A stretch of 64,000 nt of DNA from Oopsacas minuta (taxonomy: Eukaryota > Animalia > Porifera). The position numbers were made by a program, and so were the translations under genes. The notes below the pieces were generated by a model. That model made no database searches. It was given only the letters and a program-made list of their open reading frames with translations, and was not told the DNA's origin. Positions 13,140-24,135 of this stretch are shown here, piece after piece; the stretch's first letter is position 1, and every line of letters begins with the position of its first letter. The DNA lies in assembly GCA_024704765.1 (NCBI GenBank), contig JAKMXF010000332.1, forward strand, positions 1,047,080-1,111,079, written 5' to 3'.

Positions 13140-13238
13140 CCTACCATCCGTACACCATTCGTCTAACTAGGCGTACCCCATACGCCTTAAATTTGAATCG
13201 GGTGAATTTGTACGCCTAGAGACGTACGCGACGCTCCC
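13140..13238. repeat. MULE-like terminal segment (TAGGCGTAC motifs, ends ..GACGCTCCC)
   Basis: Direct and inverted taggcgtac/gtacgccta motifs and a CCC terminus similar in style to 1786-1880. No partner end found. Confidence 0.45.
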
Positions 13239-13877
13239 ACAAAATCTACTGAATTCTACAGAGGCTAGTAGATGTGATAATTGAAGAAATATTTGCAATC
13301 TATGGCTAAAATATGGAATTTTCTAATGGATAGCCCTCATTCCCGATTTACTACTGATATTTATTGGTCAAATTTCTTGTCCTTCAAATTTCATATCTTT
13401 CCCTGCATACCAGCTAAATTCAAAACTGAATTGCTTTGGATAGGTCTCCCAAAGCCTGACAAACTTAATTTTATATGATTCTTAGGTATGTTTCTATATG
13501 TCAAAATAATTGAACTTGAAATTTTTGACAGTTATTGCAAATATCAGTATAACAACTTGTGTGAGTTAGAATGAAACATTATGCTATATATTGAAATTCT
13601 AATAAGCTTACGCTTCCCGTTAAGGGATTTAATGCATAAAGCAAATGCAATTTGATATTTGTATGGGAAATATTTTTTAAGATTGGTATGCCAAAGAATT
13701 TCGAAAATTTTCACATATATATATATCTTGAATTATTATTGTATTTTTGGCAGTCTAATTAAAATACAATATATCGGATGTGAAAATTTCAAATCGATCC
13801 AACAACTTGAATCTATATTTTGTATCGCATTCATTTACTATTTGATAGTCTTAGTTAGTATCAAGTTTCTAATATTT

Positions 13878-14115
13878 ATGGGCGATAGTGACGAGGATCA
13901 GGAAAGGAAGTGTCGTGATCGTGACAAGTTCAAGCGAGAGCGAGAGTGTTCTGAAAAAGGAGATGTTCCCGACTCAAAAAGAAAGTATCCCTCAGTTTCC
14001 ACTACTGAGGGTTTTCGGCAAAAACCTGATCATTCTCAAATTTTTAGAGCCAATAAGCGCAAACGGCCTTCACAAGATGTTCAGAATGTTCCATTTATTT
14101 GGCAACCATTTGAAG
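13878..14115 (+). CDS. SRRT: SRRT/ARS2 (Serrate RNA effector) coding exon 1
   Basis: MGDSDEDQERKCRDRDKFKRERE matches the characteristic ARS2 N-terminus ([20 protein letters not shown]). Ends at an AAG|GCAAGT GC-type donor, phase 1. Confidence 0.85.
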
Positions 14116-17100
14116 GCAAGTTTACATTTTCCTTAATCTATTATAAAATATGGCAATTGTTTGCCAAACCATTATGATTTCACCAACCATCTTCGATTCG
14201 TTGAACTTTGTACATTGCAAGTTCGTTACTAGTCCATAGTATCCTGAAGTGGTTAGGATACCACGCTTTTCTAAGTTTTTCCTGTTTACCCCCCAAATTA
14301 CTTTTATTGCATTTTTAGATAATTCTCTATCTTACGAGGCGTGTTAAAAAATTTAGAGCTCTATCTTAAATACTCGCTGCAATGATTTAGATTTTGGCTA
14401 GCATCTCCTAATTTTGGCCTCAAACCACCAGGCCATAAGGGTTGAGTATACCCAAATAGACACACCTTTAGTAAAACTTGATTAATATAAACTATTGCAT
14501 AAATAGTATCTACTATATGTTTATAACATGATGAAAAATTTCATAAACCTATCTTACATAGTTTTATGATATTTGCTCCCAAAGGTTAACTTTTCCCAGT
14601 TCCCCTGTATCCCAGATTTTGGCTGCAAGTACTACTCATGAGATTACCTTATAAATTGCCATTCTATGGATGGGTCTCAACCGTACTATTTTGTACTTTG
14701 AATATATAGACTATTTATGCTTATAGGTGATGTAATATACATACTATTTGGAATAAATGGCAAAAGTGGTGTTTCTTCTTCCTCGATTCCTAGGATTTTT
14801 CAGCCGACATTTCCCATGTCTCATAATGCAAAAACTCGGCATAGATTCAAAACTCAATTGTTTTGGGGAGATTTCACACACTTGAGAAATGTTATTTGAA
14901 GGAAATACAGTATAAGTTGAAATTTAGAATATTGAATTTTCAAAATCTTTACCCGAGATAATTTACTAGACAAAGTAGAGTGAGCTATATGGTTGCTCCT
15001 TGCTATAACTCGAAATTCTAACCAACTTACTTTTCTTTCTAGGAGATTTCAAACAAAAATATATGTCGTTTACTGAAATATCCTTGCTCAACTTTTAACA
15101 CTATATTTTGAAAGTTTCCATTTGAAAATTTCAAAGATTTTATTTCATATAGTTTTGACATTATTATAGCAATTCTGGATACTGGGCGACGTTCCAAAAT
15201 CCTCCTAAAATTTTCAAAGAGATCAATTAACTAGAACCTATGGCATATGTCTACACTATACTCATCACTGAAAGTTAAAACACATTCCATCAGATTATTT
15301 TAGGAAAAGAATTTTTGAATTTCCGAAAATTTCTCATTTTTGAAATTCGGCTCCTTTAACAAAGTTTTCATATGTTTGGTTTAAAAGTTTTAATCGAATA
15401 GAAAATTTCTCATTAGTTGGGTTCAACATCACAGAGCATGATAGATTCATTATTAGACTGATTTAGCCAAATTTTCTAAGAAAATATTTAGGTCGAATGA
15501 TACAGGTTCACTTTTACGAAATGTAGTATAGCTCGGTAAGGATTGTTAAGGGATGGTTTATCTTCTAATATTATTGCTCTAGGTTTTATCTCAATATGGT
15601 AAATATTAGGAGGTTCCCATCACTTCTATATGAATAAACCTCATACCTTGATAATAAGATATCTCTGTCGATTATGACGCAATCCTGATAATGCCCATAT
15701 GTAGTATTATTCATGACTGCGCAATATTATTTGTAGTATTTCATCGAAATGTATTACCAAGGTATGGGAAATCGAAATGTATACTTGATTTTTCCTAGAT
15801 GATTTGACTATAACATTAATGATTGTTAAGTTATTGATGAATCATAGGTTTATCTAGCTGCTTGGTGGCCATCTAGGTGTGTCAATTCTGCAGCCATGAA
15901 GGGCAATAGCACCGAACGTGAGTCTAAATTTGTACAGGATCAATAGGTTACCATTAATATGCCATCCCAGGAAGGTGCGTGGAAGAATACTTCTCGGGCT
16001 AGATATTCCTGAATAAACCATGTGATGAATACCAGCAAACATATGGCATCCATGGTTGTAACTATAACACTGAAACTTTCAAAACAACATCAAAATATAT
16101 TATGCAATCGTAAATGTATAAATTGACTCTTGACAGAGTTTTACAAACTTGATAAATAGTCAATTAAGCGATTACTGCCGAAGTGTTACCTTCATCACGA
16201 AAAGAACCACGTTATTTTTACCACTTCTTTCTAACCACTTTTCGCACCCATATCGACATTTCAGCACCTTTTTAAGGCCTTAAAATCACACATTCTCCAT
16301 GCATTATTCGGTTAATAGCTGTATTTTATATACGTAAGCTATCAGATGACGTCATTCATTTGCAAATAGTTTTTGATATAGATTATGTTGGTGTTAATTA
16401 TCAGTAGCATATTTATCTATCCCAAGTGTACTTTTTTATATTGTCGCTACTAATAAATATCCTTATGTTGGTTGTGACGGAGGGTGAAAACCGGAGAACT
16501 TACAAACCAGAAACTTCAAGTATACCAATATGACCAACGAAATCCCCATGCATGTCTTCATATTCAACAATAATTTATTTAATACTAGTTGAACTAACGG
16601 TTTTCGAGATATAAAGTATATAACGCTTGCCTAACTTGATATTGAGTCAATATTAGTTGTCCATGTGGTTTAGTAGTTCATGTATACGTATGAAATGCTC
16701 TGATAACCTCAAAATAACCCATGGAATTTCAGAATTATGCCACTATGTGCAATACTCTCTCCATATACAACTTCCTATTCAACAATAATTGATGATGTAA
16801 CAAAATACTTAATAAATTTACTGATAACTATGGCCTCGAGTTTGATAGCCTGAATTGAAGAGTTGACAGTCCTTGCAATTTGTATATGATATTTATCTAC
16901 AAAATTTAATAAATAATTTAGGCGACAACTTGGACGGTTGAATTTTAGTGACTTAGTACAAAAATTGAAAAATACTCTGAGGGATCATAAAATTAAGATT
17001 ATGATATCAAATAAGCACGGGTCAATGTGACGTCATTGTATATATCTCAGATAGAAGTATTGGGACCTCCTAATTTTTTATCATTTTGCGGCATCCCATA

Positions 17101-17889
17101 GAGTAAGAAAACAATCCTTACGGCGTTATGCTATATTTCTTAAAAGTGGACCAATACCAAGTTCATCCTAGAAATTTTCTCATGAAAATTGTGCAAAGCC
17201 AGTCTGAAAATAATTTATCATTCTCTATGATATTTAATCCACCTAATGGGCATCTTTCGAGTCGATTAGAACATTTAATCCAATGATATTACAGCTTTGT
17301 TAGAGAGCCTTATTTTGCAAATTTCTGATTTGGCAATTTTTTGGAGAAATTTTCGGTGATTCAAAATTTATTTCCATGAAAACTATCTGATGGAATGTGT
17401 TGTAACTTTCAGGATACTAGAGACTGGTAACGGACTTTGTGAAATCATTTGATTGTTTGACAAATGATTACTCTATACTCTTTTTGCACACTACCATAAT
17501 TATATACTTTATTTATACTCTGTATTTTTCTCTAATTTCTATTCCAGGACTCTCATAGCATTGCGCTCCTAGTTGTTGATATATAGACAATTGTAACACA
17601 GATTCATTTTATCTGAATAATTATTTGTGTAATAATTATGACGACATTTATAACTCACTAGTTCGGACCAAATTTTTATTGAATATCATCTAAATTTTGT
17701 TTAGAAACTTGAAGTGCCAGTCGTGGCCAATAAATTTTGTGTTAATATGGACATGATGATCATTAAATTTCCATAAATTCTAGTCCAGCTCAACCCATCC
17801 AACTTTCTATAATTCCAGTCTATGATTACCAAACTATTTCATTCTACAAAGGGTATTCATTTGATTCGTAACTCTTAGAATATTTGTAT

Positions 17890-19000
17890 TATATAAGTGA
17901 GCTAAGGGACAAATCTACTATAAATGTTCAAAGTAGTCTCCCTTGTGCTCAACTACAAGCTATAAACGCTCTATCCTCTTGAAAAATGTTTTATTATACT
18001 CTTCTTGTGGTATGTCTCTGAGGTACCGTTGGATGGCCCTTCCAATTTGCATCCGTTCTCTAAAAACTGTACCTGCTAGGTACTTTTTGAGCCCATCGAA
18101 AAGCCAAAAGTCGCATGGTGATAAGTCAGGGCTATAGGGCGGATGTTCCAATTCCTCAAGACCTATAGAAGCAATCTTTTCCTTAGCTTCCTTAGATTTG
18201 TGCAGTCTGGCATTATCTTGTAACATTTTGATTCCTCTGAGATCCTTGGCTGGCGACGCTCAATCTATTGTTTTTCGATTTCCGGAAGAAAAACTGTTGC
18301 ATAAAAGTGCCCAGTAACTATTTGCGCCTTAGGAGTACAGATTTGGCAAACTGGACCATGTGCATCGAAAAATATGGTGTACATTACTTACGGAGCCCAA
18401 TGATCCGGTCTTGAAGGTGCTGGGGGAGATCTCCCTTTTACAATCCATACTTTGTTCTGTTCTTTGCGAGTTGGCTCTGAGTATCTTATCCACGTCTCAT
18501 CACCGGTACATATTTCAAATAGTGGCCCCTCATTACATTGGTCATACTTTCCAAGCAGTTTTTTTGAAATTCTCACCTGTGTCTTCTTTTGAGTCTGATT
18601 TAACAAATGTTGGCCCAACGTGAGCAAACGTTGGACATACCAAGATGTTTGGTCAAAATTGCATGAATACTTCCCGTTGACAAGGTTAGGTTGGTAGCAA
18701 ACTGCTCTATCGTAATATGGGGATCGGAGTCACACATTTCAGCTACAAGAGCAATATTGTTTGCAGTGGTAGCAATTATAGGTTGCCCCATCCGAGGGTC
18801 ATCTCCAACCGACACCCTACCTTCACGGAAACGAAGACTCCACTTCTTAATGGTTGATTCCGAACAGGTATCCACACCATATACCTGTACTAAATCTTGG
18901 TAGATATTCCTTCACGTATCGCCGAAGAATGAGGGGATTTTGATGTAAGCTCTTAGTTCAAGTAGAAATTCATAAGATTTTGAAGCAATAAATTCCACTG
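17890..19000 (-). mobile_element. mariner (DD34D) transposon remnant
   Basis: IYQDLVQVYG..WSLRFREG, VCSRW, CTGDETWI, LQDNARLH, HPPYSPDLSPCDFWLF and GDYFE, over frameshifted ORFs 17960-18875. TIRs not resolved. Confidence 0.88.
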
Positions 19001-19609
19001 TGGTTGCTATAATCTATCTTCAAAGGGTGTATCTCAAATAATATTCAATCAATCTCCACAAAGTAAAGTGTTCTAAATAGACGAAAATCTAAGCTATAAA
19101 TTTGATGTAAATAGTAAATACATGTAGTTAAACAATAACAGCAATAGCTAAGGAACGAACTAATTGAAAGCCCTTTGTAGTATAATTATTCTAATTTGTC
19201 TTTAGATATGAAGGGTTATCAAAAGCTAAGTCGTGTGTAATTCGTGTCTAACGAGCCGCTTGGCTTGAGCGTGCTTCGCAACTTTTCTTTTTCAGGAGAA
19301 CAACTTTATTTCAATATGAAAACCTTAGATAAAGCGAAATTCAGAATCAATGGCACAATTGCAAGGCATATCCGTTGATATCAAGTTACTAGGACTCTTT
19401 AGAAATTTTTTACATTATATATTAAAACTAAAATACATTTACATATGAGAAACTCGACAATGCAAACTTCGGATTCAGCGCACTTAGTTATCTCATTGTA
19501 GTCGTTAAGAGCAAGTCTCAATGATTATTTCAGGATTTACTTTTGTTTGCTTTATAATCATAAAACAACAATTAATTTACCTATGAGAACTTAAACATGT
19601 GAACTCGGC

Positions 19610-20124
19610 ACCGTATTCGCTAAGAAGTTAATTTCGAACTTAACTGATTACGCCCGAAGTGTCACGTTCGTAACTAAAAGGAACACTAATATACAGTAGA
19701 ACCTCCGAGACCCGGGCAGTGTGGGACCAGAGGGTGCCCGGATCTCGGAAATATCATTAACTCTATGATAGTTACAACCCATAATGTGCATATGAGTTCC
19801 CTTAGGTATTCGAATTCTGTTATTAAGTTACATACTGTATACAAACGTAATCCAATATGAAATATAGTAACTGAAGTCAACGTTAGTATGAGGAAAATTA
19901 TATGAAATGGTGAAATTATTTTTGGACTGATATAAAATAAGGGTGCCCGTATCTTGGAGGTCCCGATCTCGGAGGTTCCACTGTACCACTTCTTTTAACC
20001 AATTCCCGCACCAGAAAACTTTTGATGACATAAAATGACAAATTTTCCCGGAAGTATTCGGTTAAGTCATATGGAAATTAGTCTTTAATTTCGAACTTAG
20101 TGCTTAACTTCTTGGTAAATACGG
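19610..20124. mobile_element. MITE with CCGTATT..AAGAAGTTAA termini (Harbinger-like), host of a nested pogo-type MITE
   Basis: ccgtattcgctaagaagttaa at ~19611 against the reverse complement gccgtatttaccaagaagttaa at ~20124. A related internal sequence lies at 16180-16320. Confidence 0.5.
19694..19983. mobile_element. pogo/Tigger-type MITE (290 bp), TA TSD
   Basis: TIR CAGT(A/G)GAACCTCCGAGA at both ends, each flanked by TA. Confidence 0.9.
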
Positions 20125-20738
20125 CAGAAGATTCAGCGTACTTTATTACAGTGCATGACAATTCTTGTGCTTTGGTGGCTATATCCTATGCACCAATATC
20201 GTGTATTTTGGCTTAGTTATGCAAAGAGGTTGTAAGTTTGGTTACAAAAGCTTCATACACATGTCTCACAGTGGCACGAAATGGTTAAAACCTGGAAGTA
20301 GGTATTAGGGTACTAGATAGCGTATTAAACTATAATATTGACATATGGGGAATCATACCCAAGGAATCGATTTACGTAACTAGATTTTTCTAAGTCTTTG
20401 GGTGTGAAAGGAATGAAATCATTGTCACATTCAAAAATATTTTGATTTTTTATCGATTTTAATTAAGCCAATTTGTAAGCTAGGTTCAGAAATTGAATAT
20501 TTTATGTTTTGATATTATTCACACTATTTAATGTACATTTTTATAAACTTATGAAACCACATTTCTTGTTAAAATGACCTACAGTTCATTGAACTACAAA
20601 CTATAACGTATTTATAATTAGAGAATTCACCAAAATATCTTGACAGCTCTTTAACTCAGATAGATCTTGCTCCGAATCGTTTTTGGTAATATTCCGAAAG
20701 GATGCTAAAATTGGATCACTTTGAGAGATAAGCCTGAC

Positions 20739-23700
20739 CATAGCCTACTAAATATAAGGCCTAACAGTAAAAGTACCAGGGATGCGTTATTAGCTGATAT
20801 TGGAGAATTCTGTTATTGTCTTAAAAATCTAATCAAAAGGTTTTCTCAAGTGCTATTAATAATCCCTCGCTGGTATTAAATTAAGATATTGAAATTCTAT
20901 TTGAAGTTCATTGAAACTAATGTTATTGGACAAAAACCAAATCAACATAAATAATAAATGTAAATACATACAATTACAATAATAATACATACACTTCACA
21001 AAATCATGAGAACTTTTTTAGTTTACGTTTTCCTATACCCCTAGAAGTTACAAGTGAATTATAGTTATAATCTTGTTGGCCAGAAAGCAATTAGTAGTAG
21101 TAAAAATAAGTTTACGTAAGATATCCCATCTAGTAACATTACAGATAAGACAGTTTGATTTCCAGATATCAATACTTGCATCATCTTCCATGTATATCAA
21201 TGTGAGCTCAACTAATATTTTTCTAGCTGGACCGTGTACAAGTAGATTCGCCAAATGATCATTGTCCTCAATAGCAAATAGAATCCTCCAGAGAGTAATG
21301 ACAGAGCTAAGAACATGCTCAGATGGATATTTGAGCCCCCCTCGATCTGTTAATTGCAAGAGCTTGAATTGAGAAATGGAATCACTATCAGGAATAAATT
21401 CTTTATCGTAAGTTAGCGTATCAGTGCACAATCTACACTCTTGAAACCCTTTCAAGAATTTATATGCCGAATATCCTCCGATAAAAGCTAACGACTGGGG
21501 TATCTGCTGAGTGTATTCAATTGATAATACATCACTAATTCCATCAAGATATGGCTCAAGATCTATTTGGTCATCACTAAAAGTACTAAAGGGTGAAGTA
21601 AAAGATTTGACAAAAGTATCTATGGATTGACAAGAGTCTTGTTGGTCAGAAAACATTTTTAGGATGTTAGAGAGCTTAAGACGACGCTCGGATTCAAGAA
21701 TTTGAATGTAGGAAATATGATAATTCGAACCAGCCATCATACGATAGAGTCCAAAATGATGTTCCAATGGGTCTGTTTGCAGAAATGCAGACAAAACATA
21801 AGAAAATCCACAAGACTCAGTTAGATCGTTTGTTATCTGTTCTAAAGCAATACAAGCGTGTTTCAAACTAGTATACGTTTGCTTACTCAATTTACCCGAT
21901 TGTCCAGGTAAGGACTGCCAAGCATCTAGCCAATATACTATACGAGCTAAATATATGAAACGTTCATCGTGTAAGATCAAGGGTGTTGAGAGATTGTCAT
22001 TTAAACGGATGCCTTTGAAGGGTGTACTAACATTGAATATTTTCCACAGAGTAAGAAGGATTCTGACAAACGTAGAGGTATTATCACGATATTCTTCACA
22101 ACGTTTTTCATTTTGAATCTCAAGAGCGGATAGTGTTAGATCATTAAAAACCTTCAGAACCAATCTGACATTCTGTCTTTCTATACTAGAAGGAAAACAA
22201 GCTTTCGCTGTTAACTGAGGAGCCAGTTTTGCTAAACTTCCTCTTTCAGAGCTGTATAGAAGGCGTACATCTTGAAAAGATGCTGAATGGAAACAAAGGG
22301 GGTACTGGCATTTATCAATCTCAAAGTCTTCCAACTTGGGGAAATACATTGTCTTATCAAAATTCTTCTGATTCAACCAATTATTACGTATACTTTTTAA
22401 AATATGAACATAATCGAATGTGAGGAAGAGAAATCTAGTAGGATCAAATGGGTGAGGCACCCTAGTTTCCAATTGCTACTCAGAGAAAATAGCTTGAAAT
22501 GACTTAAATTCAAAGGATAATTGTCAGTTGAAATTACCTGTAACACGTAAACCACAATTCTCAATATCAATGATACACTCTTTGATGATGGGAAATATCT
22601 TTTCAGCGGAAATAGAACCACATGGTAATAAACGTGAAATACAAGACCATTTCTTATGTAAGCTAGATAGCAGTACCGCAAACACAGTTCTGGTTGGGTC
22701 CTCTGGGTCTAAATTAGGAGCGAAGATTTTCCCTCCTTTTACGTAATATCAGATTTAACGTGTATTTCATTCTTTTGAACTATAACATTTCTCTCCAATG
22801 AACTGTAGGAAGAAGTAGCTTGGGAGAGATAGGTAGAGAAATCGTTTTCAATGCCAAACGAAGAATACAATGTATTTAATGTCTGAGCATGCGGTAGAGA
22901 AAGACACTCTAAACCCTGGAGATATATATAACATGCTGGAGAAATGAGATGAGTCTTAATTAACATGACTTGTGTAATTATATTATACCTTCGCCTGTTC
23001 TTTGGAATAAATATATTGTCTAATTGACAGAGGATCAATTGGAGCTTGGCTATAACTGAGGAAGAATAGTTTTCGCTATCCTCTATGCTAGCTAAATCAA
23101 TAACCTTCTCTATGTGTTGTTTAGCGCGAGGAATATGAAATGAATGTGATTTAGTATAATGATCATCAAATATAATTTTTGAGGAAATTTGATGTAATAA
23201 TGATTCAATTTGTCGAATATCATTAATTGAATTAAGAGAAGTAGCTATGCTTTGTCCATAGAACCAGGCAGAAACAGATAAAAATGAATTTATTTCTAGA
23301 TATAAATCTACTGAAATAGTCTTTTCAATAAGACGAGGAAGAATAAACCGTGTACTAGAATTGTCAGTATGCCATACTAACCAATTGTCTGGTAACACAA
23401 TATAATTCAACTTAGCTTTCAGATCCTGTAAATTTCTAATGAAGAATTTGTGTTTGGCTTCACTCTCAGATTTTAGACTAAGCTGAATGGTTGATTCAAC
23501 ATTTCTTTCTCCTTTGATTCATAAGACAAACGAATACGTTTGCTTGTCGATGTTGATGAATAATAAGAGGGGCAACCAGGAAGTAAACAGGGAATTGCTC
23601 CTTCTTTCAGCTTAAGTTTATCGCGAGGTACACTAGTGAAAGTACCGTCACCATTGGGAACCTTATGAAAATACTCAACATCTTCTTCACGGAAATGCTT

Positions 23701-24135
23701 GATACATACATTAACAACCTTGAGACGATCAATATCTTCACGGTGAAGAGCGCGTATCCAGGCATGTTTAAGTTCAGGTGGATTCTCTGGCATTCTGAAT
23801 ATATGCACTCTGTCATCTGGGTAGTAATTACTTGTGCAACCCGGGCAGAACAGGCACTGGGCATCAGAGATACAATATACAAGCTAATAGTGAGCAGAAA
23901 CGGATTATAAAATGCCATAGGTATGTGATGGAATATCATTACTAGTAACTAGAGTATATCAGTGAAAAAATTTGTATTTGAATATATAACTATTATAATG
24001 AATTTAAACAGTATGGTTAATTAATAATCAGAAGATTTAAAAATAGAAAATGGGTAGTTAATATAATCAGCTAATAACTTATCCCTGGTACAAAAAAATG
24101 AAGTTACTGTTGGGCCTTATATTTAGTAGGCTATG
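20739..24135 (-). mobile_element. THAP-domain P-element-superfamily transposon
   Basis: 32-bp TIR CATAGCCTACTAAATATAAGGCC(T/C)AACAGTAA with 1 mismatch. 7-bp TSD GCCTGAC at 20732-20738 and 24136-24142. Confidence 0.93.
21048..23864 (-). pseudogene. THAP + P-type (THAP9-like) transposase, frameshifted
   Basis: THAP: MPSACSA.GCTSNY..FRMP..AWIRAL..CIKHF..EGAIP. Core motifs: EIHVKSDI, STDNYPLN, FDYVHILKSIRNNW, SIERQNV and QTDPLEHHFGLYR. Confidence 0.9.

Noticed and set aside
13659-13877. N-terminal extension of SRRT from the ORF-track start at 13659
   Set aside because: AT-rich and non-conserved; the ATG at 13878 coincides with the conserved MGDSD start.
20267-20600. RAG2-like gene convergent with the RAG1-like ORF
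   Set aside because: Only ~330 bp remain between the left TIR and the restored stop codon, and the ~880 bp on the other side are AT-rich with no kelch/PHD-like ORF. The large ORFs inside the element belong to the nested P element.
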